Shown here in pieces: positions 10,006 to 19,753 of a stretch of 64,000 bases of DNA. Positions within the stretch are counted from its first letter, which is position 1. Every line of letters begins with the position of its first letter. Position numbers and translations under genes: made by a program. Source of the DNA: Chloroflexota bacterium (GTDB taxonomy: Bacteria > Chloroflexota > UBA11872); NCBI GenBank assembly GCA_965262745.1, contig OZ253558.1:1623735-1687734 (forward strand), in the 5' to 3' direction. Below the pieces are notes generated by a model. The model did not search any database. It worked only from the letters and a program-made list of their open reading frames with translations, and was not told where the DNA came from.

Positions 10006-10851
10006 CTACTGGGCAGGCTCGCTCACATGAATCAGCGACAACCTCGGCGCTTCCGCCGGAGCATTGATACGCACGGGGATCCCGACGGTGCCGATCCCGC
10101 GCGTGATGTACACCAGCCGCCCGTCAATGTGCATCAGCCCACTGGGTCTGGGCAGCGCCAGACGCGTGCTGGTCATCGGAGCCGTCATGAGCGGAGGCAC
10201 GATCTGACCGCCGTGGGTATGCCCGCAGACCACGAGATCGCCCCTCATTTGCCCAAGCCGCGGTACGGCGTCCGGGTTGTGCGTCAGCAGAAGGGTGAAG
10301 GCGTCGTCGTCCGCCCCGTCGAACGCACGCGCCGCGTCGTCGACGCCATACGTCGCATCACCGATGCCGACGATGGCGAGAACCGCGTCGCCGATGCGGT
10401 GGTACACCCGCGCGTTGTCAAGCACGGTGATGCCGTGAGCCTGAAACGACTGCCGCATGGATCCCAAGGGCTGGGTACGCAGGCCGATCCACGAGGGGTC
10501 GGTCGAGGCGCGGGAAACGAACAAATCATGGTTGCCCCATACAGCGTAGGCGCCGTGCACGGGCTCGACGGCCGCCAGCGCCTCGGCCACAAGCGGCGCG
10601 GCATCGACCCGGTCACTGAGGTCGCCGCAGGCGAAGAGGAAATCGGGCCGCGTACCAGCGAGCTTGCGCAGCGCCTTCAGGCTGGGGGTGCGGGCCGAAC
10701 GCACGTGAAGATCGGAAACAACCTGGACGGTTAGCCCACTGAGCGCGGGCGGCAGCCGTGGCAGCGGCACAGGCACGTGCGCCACGGCTGCGTCGGACGA
10801 TCGGGCGACGGTGCGAGCCGCCAGCCCCAGAGCGCCAATTCCGGCTAGCAC
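10006..10851 (-). CDS. Metallophosphoesterase (calcineurin-like)
   Basis: GDLSD, GNHD and GHTHGG motifs; signal-peptide-like N-terminus. Confidence 0.75.
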   Translation of the reverse strand: MLAGIGALGLAARTVARSSDAAVAHVPVPLPRLPPALSGLTVQVVSDLHVRSARTPSLKALRKLAGTRPDFLFACGDLSDRVDAAPLVAEALAAVEPVHGAYAVWGNHDLFVSRASTDPSWIGLRTQPLGSMRQSFQAHGITVLDNARVYHRIGDAVLAIVGIGDATYGVDDAARAFDGADDDAFTLLLTHNPDAVPRLGQMRGDLVVCGHTHGGQIVPPLMTAPMTSTRLALPRPSGLMHIDGRLVYITRGIGTVGIPVRINAPAEAPRLSLIHVSEPAQ

Positions 10852-10926
10852 TGCCGTCCGACGGATGTTCAGACCGGCAACTCACGGGATGGGCGCCGTC
10901 CAGAACGTCGGCGAGGGGTCGAAGGA

Positions 10927-11937
10927 CTACAGGCCGTGGCCGTCCTCCGGCGCCACGGCTGGGCCATCGATCAGCGCGTCGACCGGCGTCGACTCCACGT
11001 GGGCGCTCATCGCGCGAAACTTGGCATAGCGGTCCGTCACCAGGTCCTGCGGCGAGGTGCCTTGAAGCTCGTCAAGCGCGCCGGCCAACGCCGCCTTGAG
11101 ATTCAGCGCGGTGGCGTCGTAGTCGCGGTGCGCTCCGCCGGGCGGTTCGGGGACGATGCCATCGACGAGATCGGCGGCGTAGAGGACATCGGAGGTCAGC
11201 CCAAGGGCTTCGGCGGCGCGCTCCGCAAACTTCGAGTCTCGCCAAATGATCGCGGCCGCGGCCTCGGGCGAAGCCACCGAATAGATCGCGTGCTCCAGCA
11301 TGAGAATCCGATCGCCAACGCCCATCGCCAGGGCGCCGCCGCTGCCGCCTTCGCCGATCACCGCGACGACGATGGGTGTCTCCAAGCGCGCCATAGCCGC
11401 CATGCTCTCGGCGATGGCCCACGATTGCCCACGCTCCTCGTCCTCCAATGCCGGACCGGCACCCGGGGTGTCGAGCAACGTGACGACGGGAAGACCAAAA
11501 CGCTCCGCAAGCTTGAATAGGCGCATCGCCTTGCGGTAGCCCTCGGGATGCGCCATCCCAAAATTCCGCTCGACATTCTGGCGCGTGCCGCGCCCTTTCT
11601 GATGGCCGACGACCACGACCCGGCGGCCTTTCAGCGATCCAACGCCGCCGACGATGGCCATGTCATCCCCATACCGCCGATCGCCATGCAACTCGACAAA
11701 GCCGTCGATCATGCGCTCGATGAAGTCGAGCGCATGGGGCCGATCGCGGTGACGGGCCAGCTGCACGCGCTGCCAGGGGGTCAATCGAGAGAACACGTCG
11801 GCGGTGCGTGCGTCGAGCTCGAGCTGCAGCAACTCCAGCTGCCGCAATACATCGGAGGCGGAATCCAAGTCGCTTTCGGCTTCAAGCTCGGAGATGCGGC
11901 TGCGAAGGTCGTCAAGGTCGCGCTCGAATTCAAGCAC
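10927..11937 (-). CDS. accA: Acetyl-CoA carboxylase carboxyltransferase alpha subunit
   Basis: 336-aa ORF with AccA family sequence (FGMAHPEGYRKA.., PVVTLLDTPGA). Confidence 0.9.
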   Translation of the reverse strand: MLEFERDLDDLRSRISELEAESDLDSASDVLRQLELLQLELDARTADVFSRLTPWQRVQLARHRDRPHALDFIERMIDGFVELHGDRRYGDDMAIVGGVGSLKGRRVVVVGHQKGRGTRQNVERNFGMAHPEGYRKAMRLFKLAERFGLPVVTLLDTPGAGPALEDEERGQSWAIAESMAAMARLETPIVVAVIGEGGSGGALAMGVGDRILMLEHAIYSVASPEAAAAIIWRDSKFAERAAEALGLTSDVLYAADLVDGIVPEPPGGAHRDYDATALNLKAALAGALDELQGTSPQDLVTDRYAKFRAMSAHVESTPVDALIDGPAVAPEDGHGL

Positions 11938-11948
11938 CGGGTTTCTCG

Positions 11949-12836
11949 CTAGGCTAGCCGCGCCTGGGCAGCGTCGCCGACCCCAGCGCCGCGGGATGCG
12001 CGCGCGGGCGCCAAGAGCTCGATGAGGCGCCCGATCGTGCGGCGCTGGTCGCGCCGAGGAACCACCGCATCAATCATCCCGCGTCGCAGCACCCACTCGG
12101 AGGTGTGGTCGTCGGCCTGTGCCCGGCGGCTCAAGGTCCCCTGCACCACGCGCGAGCCTGCGAAGCGGATCGTGGCGCCAGGCTCGCCGATGATGACGTC
12201 GGCGACCGCCGCAAAGCTGGCCGTCACTCCGGCCAGTGTGGGATCTGCCATGAGCGCGATGTATGGAACTCCGGCGTCAGCCAGGCGTGCCGCGGCGGCG
12301 GTTGTCTTGGCCATCTGCATCAAGGCAAACACACCCTCATCCTGCCGGGCGCCGCCCGATGCCGTCACCATCAGCAGCGGTATACGCCAGTCGTGAGCAA
12401 GCTCGAACAGCCGCGCGATGCGCTCACCGGTGGCCCCGCCCATGCTGCCAGCGATAAACCCAAACTCCATCACCCCCACCGCCACCTCGTGGCCCTGGAT
12501 GCGACCGACCCCGCACACGACAGCCTCGGAGCGACCGGTGGAGGCCTGGGCTTTGGCGACTCGGTCTGGGTAACGACCGCTCGGACGGGAGAAAGTGAGC
12601 GGATCGGCCGTCATCACGTGCGCTGCCAATTCTCGAAAGCTCGCGGCGTCGTCTAAAAGGAGGTCAAGCCTTTGACCGACCGTGAGGCGATCGTGGTAGT
12701 TGCATCGGGTGCATACGTGCAGGCCCGCCTCGAACTCCGGGCGGTAGTGCATGGCGTTGCACTTGCGGCAGGTGACCCACAGATCGGCCGGGACGCCGCC
12801 GCGCCGGCGACCGGAAAGGAGATCACGCACGGGCAT
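11949..12836 (-). CDS. accD: Acetyl-CoA carboxylase carboxyltransferase beta subunit
   Basis: Zn-ribbon CxxC...CxxC followed by the carboxyltransferase domain; start set at MPVRDLL (ATG at 12836) inside the longer track ORF. Confidence 0.85.
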   Translation of the reverse strand: MPVRDLLSGRRRGGVPADLWVTCRKCNAMHYRPEFEAGLHVCTRCNYHDRLTVGQRLDLLLDDAASFRELAAHVMTADPLTFSRPSGRYPDRVAKAQASTGRSEAVVCGVGRIQGHEVAVGVMEFGFIAGSMGGATGERIARLFELAHDWRIPLLMVTASGGARQDEGVFALMQMAKTTAAAARLADAGVPYIALMADPTLAGVTASFAAVADVIIGEPGATIRFAGSRVVQGTLSRRAQADDHTSEWVLRRGMIDAVVPRRDQRRTIGRLIELLAPARASRGAGVGDAAQARLA

Positions 12837-12933
12837 TACGCAGCTCGCAACGCGGGTCGTGGCAACGAGGTATGACCATGCGCCCCCTGGGGATAGATCG
12901 CGGAGTATATCAACAGGGTGTGGACAGTTGGGA

Positions 12934-13638
12934 TTATGGCGCACGTGGGCGATCCGGCGGCGGTCGCGCAGCCACCACGGCCCCCACCCAGCGTGCGCCC
13001 CGACGCCTGAGCGCCCGCGCAGCCGCCTCGAGTGTCGCTCCGGTGGCCGCCACGTCGTCGACGAGCAGCACGCGGGCGCCGCTGATGTTCTGAAGGCACG
13101 TAAAGGCGCCTCTGACATTGCGCCAGCGCTCTTCACGCGCCAGCGATGTCTGCGGAGCCGTATCGCGGTGACGGACCAAGTGCTGGTCAAGCACAGGCAC
13201 GCAGAGCCGTTGGGTCAACTGGGCCGCGATGAGCGCACTCTGGTTGAAGCCGCGCTCCCGCTCGCGCCGGGCCCCGAGGGGTACGGGCACGAGCACATCG
13301 ACATCGAGCGTTTCGGGCAGCGCCTGAGCTGCGACCCGGGCAAGCACCTTCGACAGATACCGCTTGTTCTGGAACTTTAGCCGCAGGATCGCCTCGCGCA
13401 CGGGTGTCTCATAGGGGTACCGCACGAACACATGATCGATGCGCCGCTCCTGATGACGGCACGCGGCGCACTGATCGCCGTATTCCATCGCCCGATTGCA
13501 TTGGCGGCAGCACGGGCGCGCAAGGGGTTCGAGCCGGGACATGCAGGCGGCGCATACGCCCTCGCCGAGCGCCCCACACCCCGCGCACACCGGTGGGAAG
13601 ACGACATACGCCAGGCCGCGCCCAAGGGTCCGGACCAC
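12934..13638 (-). CDS. comF: ComF-family phosphoribosyltransferase-domain protein
   Basis: N-terminal Cys-rich zinc finger and a C-terminal PRTase motif (VLLVDDVAATGATL). Confidence 0.75.
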   Translation of the reverse strand: MVRTLGRGLAYVVFPPVCAGCGALGEGVCAACMSRLEPLARPCCRQCNRAMEYGDQCAACRHQERRIDHVFVRYPYETPVREAILRLKFQNKRYLSKVLARVAAQALPETLDVDVLVPVPLGARRERERGFNQSALIAAQLTQRLCVPVLDQHLVRHRDTAPQTSLAREERWRNVRGAFTCLQNISGARVLLVDDVAATGATLEAAARALRRRGARWVGAVVAARPPPDRPRAP

Positions 13639-13699
13639 CTCACCGATCGGCTTCAGCGGCGGCGCACCCAGCCCGCCACGAACGCGGCGCGGGCCCCGG

Positions 13700-16204
13700 T
13701 CACCCCGGGGGCGCGGGCGCCGCTTCGGTCACAGCTCGCTGAACTTGGACCACGACAGGCTCGCCGTCCTCGACCCGCAACTCGAACACCTTCCCAGCGC
13801 CGTCACCGTCGACAACGTGCTCGGTTAGCGGCTCGTCAACATACCGGCTGACAAGCTGGCGCACCGGGCGGGCGCCCTGATTCCGGGCGGCACCTACACG
13901 CACGACGTAGTCCAGCGCCTCTGATGTGACGTGCAGCTCAAGTCCAACCGCCCGCGCGCGGAGGATGGCGGCCGAGAGGAGCCGTCGCGCAATCTCACGC
14001 AGCTCCGCATCGCCAAGGTCATGAAACACCAAAAGGCGGTCGATCCGGTTCAGAAACTCTGCCGGAAGATGGCGTCGCGCATGCTCTCGCATGCGTGACT
14101 CAAACGCTGCGCGCTCGCCCGCCTGCTGCGCCAGGCCGGAGGTGAAGCCAATCTTCGGCCCGCGCGACTCCTCCACGCCCAAATTCGACGTCAGCACGAT
14201 GATGGTGCTGCGGAAGTCGACCGTGCGCCCGTTGGCGTCGGTGAGCACACCGTCCTCCATGACCTGCAACAACATGTGCAGCGTCCGGGGATGTGCCTTC
14301 TCGACGTCATCGAACAGCACGACGGAGAACGGATTGCGACGCACGGCCTCCGTGAGCTCACCCGCCTGGTCGTGTCCCACATAGCCGGGCGGCGACCCGA
14401 CAAGGCGGGACACCGCGTGCCACTCGCCAAACTCGCTCATGTCCACCCGAACGAGCTTGAGCTCGTCACCGCTCACGAATTCGGCCGCGGCTTTCGCCGT
14501 TTCGGTCTTGCCAACGCCGGTGGGACCAACCAAGAGAAACGATCCGATCGGACGGCGCGGATCACGCATGCCCGCCACCGCGCGGCGCAGCGAGCGAGCG
14601 AACTCGCCGAGCGCCTCGTCCTGCCCAACGACCCGCTTCTGGAGCAATGATTCGATGGCCAGGAAGCGCTCGGCTTCAGCCTCGATGAGCGTGGGCATGG
14701 GTACGCCGCTCCAGCGCGACACGATGCCAGCTACCTCATGCACACCAATCACGGGCGTATTCGCCCGCGCCTCGGCCTCCCAGGCGCGCCGCTCGTCACG
14801 CAGCTCCTCGCGCAGCTTGGCCTCCGCCGCCGCCAACTCCAGGACGTGCGCCGGTTGGCCGTCGACGCCGAGGTCGGCGCGTTGCGTCGCCAAGTCGTCC
14901 AGGCGCTGTTCAAGTTGCCGGAGACGCTCGGGAGCCGTGAGCCGCGCCACCTTGGCCTTGGCGGCGGCTTCGTCGATCAGATCGATAGCCTTGTCGGGTA
15001 ACTGACGCTCGGTCAGGTACCGCCGCGACATACTCACCGAGGCCACCAAGGCTTCGTCGCTGATCTTCACGCCGTGATATTGCTCGTAGACCGGACGGAG
15101 CCCCTGCACGATCGCGATTGCGGACTCGTCATCAGGTTCACCGACATCGATGGGCTGGAGCCGCCGCGTCAAGCTCTTGTCATTGGCGATATAGCGGCGG
15201 TATTCGCGCCAAGTGGTAGCACCGATCAGCCGCAGCTCGCCACGCGAAAGATGACCCTTCAGCATGTTGGCCGCATCGAGCGACCCCGCCGCCCCACCGG
15301 CACCGACGACCGTATGCACTTCATCGATGAACAGGATGACGTTGGAGTCTCCGCGAGCCTCGGCAATGACCCCCTGCACACGCTCCTCAAACTCTCCGCG
15401 GTACTTGGTGCCGGCGATCGTCGCAGCCAGGTCGAGCGCCACGATGCGGGCCGCGCGCAGGTCGGGTGGAACATCCCCCCGCTTAATGCGCTGCGCCAGC
15501 CCCTCGACAATGGCCGTCTTGCCAACACCGGCATCGCCGACGAGCACGGGATTGTTCTTCGTCCGGCGGACGAGGATTTCAATCATCCGATCCATTTCGG
15601 CCCGTCGACCGACTACTGGATCAAGGTCACCGCTCTCGGCGGCGCGGGTCACGTCGTGGCCGTACTCCGCGAGCGGGCTCTTCGCCCGCCGACGCCCGCG
15701 GGGGACGGCTCGGCGCCCGCCACCGCCAACACGGCCGGGCCGGTACGACGCCTCGATGCGCCGGCGAACCGACCGAAAGTCGAGACCGGCCTGGCGCAAG
15801 CCCTCGCCGGCCAGCCGGCCATGGTGGGCCAGTACGCCCAAGAGCAAATGCTCGGTGCCGATGAACCGTACCCCGGTGCGTTCCGCTTCAAGCGCGGCGG
15901 CGCGCAGCGCGTTACGGCCGCCCGAACCCAGCGGTCGACGGCCGGTGGCGTGATCGCCGCCGGGACCCAAGGCTGCCACCACTGCCCCGCGCAGCTTCAG
16001 CACGTCAACGTGAGCTTCACGCAGAATGCGCGCAGCCGCCGTTTGCGGCGAGGCCAGGATCGCCAGCAGCAGGTGATCGGCGCCCACGCTTGAATGCCCG
16101 AGGTTGGTGGCTTCAAGCTCCGCCTGGGCGAGAATCCGCCGCCCCTTGGTTGTGAGACGCCGCAGATACTCGACCGGTTCGTACTCGTCGCGCGTTGACT
16201 CCAC
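13700..16204 (-). CDS. clpC: ATP-dependent Clp protease ATP-binding subunit ClpC
   Basis: Two Clp_N repeats and two AAA+ modules (GDAGVGKT, GPTGVGKT) with a short middle domain; the track ORF extends to 16339, but an in-frame GTG at 16204 gives a typical ClpC N-terminus. Confidence 0.85.
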   Translation of the reverse strand: MESTRDEYEPVEYLRRLTTKGRRILAQAELEATNLGHSSVGADHLLLAILASPQTAAARILREAHVDVLKLRGAVVAALGPGGDHATGRRPLGSGGRNALRAAALEAERTGVRFIGTEHLLLGVLAHHGRLAGEGLRQAGLDFRSVRRRIEASYRPGRVGGGGRRAVPRGRRRAKSPLAEYGHDVTRAAESGDLDPVVGRRAEMDRMIEILVRRTKNNPVLVGDAGVGKTAIVEGLAQRIKRGDVPPDLRAARIVALDLAATIAGTKYRGEFEERVQGVIAEARGDSNVILFIDEVHTVVGAGGAAGSLDAANMLKGHLSRGELRLIGATTWREYRRYIANDKSLTRRLQPIDVGEPDDESAIAIVQGLRPVYEQYHGVKISDEALVASVSMSRRYLTERQLPDKAIDLIDEAAAKAKVARLTAPERLRQLEQRLDDLATQRADLGVDGQPAHVLELAAAEAKLREELRDERRAWEAEARANTPVIGVHEVAGIVSRWSGVPMPTLIEAEAERFLAIESLLQKRVVGQDEALGEFARSLRRAVAGMRDPRRPIGSFLLVGPTGVGKTETAKAAAEFVSGDELKLVRVDMSEFGEWHAVSRLVGSPPGYVGHDQAGELTEAVRRNPFSVVLFDDVEKAHPRTLHMLLQVMEDGVLTDANGRTVDFRSTIIVLTSNLGVEESRGPKIGFTSGLAQQAGERAAFESRMREHARRHLPAEFLNRIDRLLVFHDLGDAELREIARRLLSAAILRARAVGLELHVTSEALDYVVRVGAARNQGARPVRQLVSRYVDEPLTEHVVDGDGAGKVFELRVEDGEPVVVQVQRAVTEAAPAPPG

Positions 16205-16208
16205 AGTG

Positions 16209-16412
16209 CTAGCTCGCGAATGGCTGGGAGATGGTCTCCAGCAGGCCGTCGAGCCCCTCGCCAATGCTATCGCCCAAGCCCGTGAGGACGAGAACAAGCA
16301 CCACGACGAAGGCGACGGCGACCAGCGCGTAGCCAACAACGCCCTGCCCGCCCTGGCCGACTATTGGACCGCCGTACGAGCGATCAGCCTGATCGTTCGA
16401 ATCGTCCTGCAT
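16209..16412 (-). CDS. Possible small membrane protein upstream of clpC
   Basis: ORF MQDDSNDQADRSYGG..VGYALVAVAFVVVLVLVLTGL.. with one hydrophobic helix, downstream of a sigma70-like promoter; it overlaps the spurious 5' extension of the clpC ORF. Confidence 0.25.
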   Translation of the reverse strand: MQDDSNDQADRSYGGPIVGQGGQGVVGYALVAVAFVVVLVLVLTGLGDSIGEGLDGLLETISQPFAS

Positions 16413-16439
16413 GCCAAGTACCACGTGGTTCCCCTAGGG

Positions 16440-16469
16440 ATGCTAGGAAGCACGCCGACAGCGTGTCAA
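16440..16469 (-). promoter_or_regulatory. Sigma70-like promoter (-35 TTGACA, 18-nt spacer, -10 TAGCAT) for the clpC locus
   Basis: Read on the minus strand: TTGACA at 16469-16464 and TAGCAT at 16445-16440. Confidence 0.35.
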
Positions 16470-16670
16470 CGCCGCCCTGCCGACGTTTGCAGTAACAAAG
16501 AGCAACCAATCGGCGGTCGAGCTTCCAGGAGCGCCCAAAGTCAGTGTAGGCGCCGGTGAAAGGCGTGCCCATCGACCCGCGGCCGAGCCGGATTTTCGTT
16601 GCCCACCTGATAGAATTGGTGTCAGAACCTCTGCCAGTCCGCTTTATCAAAGGGAGTCCACCAAGCACGC

Positions 16671-17183
16671 ATGGGGCTTACGCACTTCGACGGTGCCGGT
16701 GCTCCGCGCATGGTGGATGTCAGCGCAAAACCCGAGACAAGTCGGCTGGCGGTGGCGGCCGCGCGAATCGAGATGCTGCCCGCCACGCTAGCCATGATCC
16801 GCGCGCAGCTCGATGGCCGTGAGACGCCTCTGCCAAAGGGTGACGTGGTGGGTGTGGCCCGGGTGGCCGGGATCATGGCCGCAAAGCGCACACACGACCT
16901 CATCCCGCTGTGCCATCCGCTGCCTTTGAGCGGCATCGACCTGGCGATTGACCCCGCCGCGGATCCGCCGGGGCTCACCATCGAGGCCACCGTGCGCACG
17001 ACCGCGCGCACGGGTGTGGAGATGGAGGCATTGACGGCCGTTTCAATCGCCGCGCTGGCCGTCTATGACATGTGCAAAGCCGTCGACCGCACGATGACCG
17101 TGCGCGACGTTCGACTCTTACGGAAAACCGGCGGCGCCAGCGGTGACTTCGAATCCGCCGGCCAGCCGGCCAGGGAGGTCTGA
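16671..17183 (+). CDS. moaC: Cyclic pyranopterin monophosphate synthase MoaC
   Basis: 170-aa MoaC family sequence ([12 protein letters not shown]). Confidence 0.9.
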   Translation: MGLTHFDGAGAPRMVDVSAKPETSRLAVAAARIEMLPATLAMIRAQLDGRETPLPKGDVVGVARVAGIMAAKRTHDLIPLCHPLPLSGIDLAIDPAADPPGLTIEATVRTTARTGVEMEALTAVSIAALAVYDMCKAVDRTMTVRDVRLLRKTGGASGDFESAGQPAREV

Positions 17184-19643
17184 GTGGCCGACGAACGCCT
17201 GTTGCCCATCGAGCTCGCCGAGGAGATGGAAGCCTCCTACATCGACTACGCCATGAGCACCATCATGGCGCGCGCCATCCCGGACGCGCGCGATGGACTC
17301 AAGCCGGTGCAGCGGCGGTTGCTGTATTCGATGGACGAGTTGGGCTCCGCGCCGGGCGCGGGCTATCGCAAGTCGGCGCGCGTGGTGGGTGACACGATGG
17401 GCAAGTACCACCCGCACGGCGATAGCGCGCTTTACGACGCGCTCGTGCGCATGGCGCAGCCGTTTTCCCTGCGCTACCCGCTCGTGGACGGCCAAGGCAA
17501 CTTCGGCTCGGTCGACGGCGATCCGGCCGCCGCCATGCGGTACACCGAGACCCGGCTGACGGCGGTGTCGGCCGAGATGCTCGACGAAATCGATCGCGAC
17601 ACCGTTAATTTCGTCGAGAATTTCGACGGGACCTCCGAGATGCCCGAGGTCCTGCCCTCTGTTGTCCCCAATCTGCTTCTCAACGGCGCCACGGGCATCG
17701 CGGTCGGGATGGCGACGAGCCTCCCGCCGCACAACCTGCGCGAAGTCGGACGCGCGATCCAGCACCTGCTGGACACCCCGGACGCGAGCCAGGACGACCT
17801 CATGAAGTTCGTCAAGGGCCCGGACTTCCCAACCGCGGCGGTGATCATCGGGGCCGAGGACATCCAAGAGACCTATCGGAAGGGCCGCGGCCGGGTGCTG
17901 GTGCGCGCCCGGGTCACGATCGAGGAGGTCCGGGGCGAGCGCATGGCGCTGGTCGTCACCGAGCTGCCCTACATGATCAACAAGGCCACGTTGATCGAGC
18001 GCATCGCCGACCTCGTGCGCCACCGCACCGTCGAGGGCATTTCGGACCTTCGCGACGAATCCGACCGCCATGGCATGCGGGCCGTGATTGAGTTGAAGCG
18101 CGACGCCCGGCCGTCGGCGGTGCTCAACCAGCTCTACAAGCACACGGCGCTGCAATCCACGTTCAGCATCAACATGCTGGCCCTGGTCGACGGGCGGCCG
18201 GAGCAGCTCACGCTCAAGCGCATGATCGAGATCTTCATCCAGCACCGGCAGGAGGTGATCCGCCGACGGACGACCTTCGATCTGAAGAAGGCGCGTGTCC
18301 GGGAGCACCTGCTCGAGGGCTATGTCATCGCGCTCGACAACATCGACGCCGTCATCAAGTGCATTCGCGCCGCCGCCGACACGGAAGCCGCGCGTCGCGA
18401 GTTGATGCAGCGATTCGGCCTTTCCGAAACCCAGGCCAACGCGATTCTCGACATGCAGCTGCGCCGGCTGGTGCGGCTCGAACGGCAGCGCATCCTCGAC
18501 GAGCTCGATGCCGTGCGGGCGGAGATTGCCGACCTCATGGACATCCTGGCCGACCCGAACCGGGTGCGCGAGATCATCCGCAGCGAGACCCGCGCCATCG
18601 TGGATCGCTTCGGCGACGAGCGCCGCACCGAGATCCTGACCGGCGCGAGTGGCGAGTTCTCGGATGCCGACCTCGTGGCCGATGAGGATTGCCTGGTCAC
18701 GCTCTCATCGAATGGTTATGTCAAGCGCGTGCAGGCAACCGCCTACCGCCGGCAGGGTCGCGGCGGCCGCGGGATCATCGGCTTCCGCAGCAAGGCCGGC
18801 GGCATCGTCGAACACTTCCTCATCACCAACTCGCACGACCACCTGCTCTTCTTCACGAGCCGCGGCAAGGTCTACCGACTGCGGACCTACGAGATCCCCC
18901 AGCACGGCCGCGACGCGCAGGGCATCAACGTGATCAACCTGTTGCCCATCGAGCAAGGCGAAACGGCCACCGCCATCCTCGCCATCCCGAACTTCGAGGC
19001 GGGCGACTACCTCGTGTTCGGGACGCGCCGAGGCGAGGTTAAGCGCAGCGCGCTGACGCAGTTCGTCACCGCCCGCAGCAACGGCCTGCTGGCCATGGAC
19101 GTGGAGCCTGACGACGAGCTGGCCTGGGTGCGCCTGGCCACCGACGAGGACAGCGCGATGTTCTTCACCCGGGAGGGCATGGCCATTCGCTTTCTTCTCG
19201 ATAACGTGCGCGCCAGCGGCCGGACGAGCGGCGGCGTGCGCGCCATCAGCTTGACCAACGACGACGAGGTCGTGGCCATGGACCTCGTGCATGAGGAGGC
19301 CTACGTACTTCTGGTCACCAGCAATGGGTTCGGCAAGAAGATGCCGGTGTCGGACTTCCGGTCTCAGGGCCGCGGCGGGCAAGGCGTGCGCGCCATCAAT
19401 CTCAACGAGAAGACCGGCCCGGTGGCCGATGCGCGCACGCTTCTCAGCCCCGACGAGGAGATCGTGTTGGTCTCCTCCGACGGCCAGGTGATCCGCTGCG
19501 GCCTCAAGGACGTGCGCCCGTTGGGACGCTACGCCGCCGGCGTGATCGTGATGCGCATGAAAAACAGCGTAGGCCTGCTGCGCGTGGCCCGGCTGGCCGA
19601 CGGCCGCGACGGGGAACGGGATACCCAGCCCGAGGCATCCTGA
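17184..19643 (+). CDS. gyrA: DNA gyrase subunit A-type type IIA topoisomerase
   Basis: 819 aa; catalytic region AMRYTE and a GyrA-box-like [13 protein letters not shown]; GTG start overlaps the moaC stop (TGAGTG). Confidence 0.8.
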   Translation: MADERLLPIELAEEMEASYIDYAMSTIMARAIPDARDGLKPVQRRLLYSMDELGSAPGAGYRKSARVVGDTMGKYHPHGDSALYDALVRMAQPFSLRYPLVDGQGNFGSVDGDPAAAMRYTETRLTAVSAEMLDEIDRDTVNFVENFDGTSEMPEVLPSVVPNLLLNGATGIAVGMATSLPPHNLREVGRAIQHLLDTPDASQDDLMKFVKGPDFPTAAVIIGAEDIQETYRKGRGRVLVRARVTIEEVRGERMALVVTELPYMINKATLIERIADLVRHRTVEGISDLRDESDRHGMRAVIELKRDARPSAVLNQLYKHTALQSTFSINMLALVDGRPEQLTLKRMIEIFIQHRQEVIRRRTTFDLKKARVREHLLEGYVIALDNIDAVIKCIRAAADTEAARRELMQRFGLSETQANAILDMQLRRLVRLERQRILDELDAVRAEIADLMDILADPNRVREIIRSETRAIVDRFGDERRTEILTGASGEFSDADLVADEDCLVTLSSNGYVKRVQATAYRRQGRGGRGIIGFRSKAGGIVEHFLITNSHDHLLFFTSRGKVYRLRTYEIPQHGRDAQGINVINLLPIEQGETATAILAIPNFEAGDYLVFGTRRGEVKRSALTQFVTARSNGLLAMDVEPDDELAWVRLATDEDSAMFFTREGMAIRFLLDNVRASGRTSGGVRAISLTNDDEVVAMDLVHEEAYVLLVTSNGFGKKMPVSDFRSQGRGGQGVRAINLNEKTGPVADARTLLSPDEEIVLVSSDGQVIRCGLKDVRPLGRYAAGVIVMRMKNSVGLLRVARLADGRDGERDTQPEAS

Positions 19644-19753
19644 CCGACCCGCCAACGGCACCCGGGAAATATCTCAGCGGAGAGGGAACGTTTCACCGCT
19701 GTCGCGCGTAATATCAGTTAGCGGACAGATTTCATCGGCGCCTGGAGTTCACG

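Noticed and set aside
13700-16339. Extended 879-aa clpC ORF start at 16339
   Set aside because: The first 45 residues are low-complexity non-ClpC sequence overlapping a promoter and a separate small ORF; the internal GTG at 16204 gives the canonical Clp_N start
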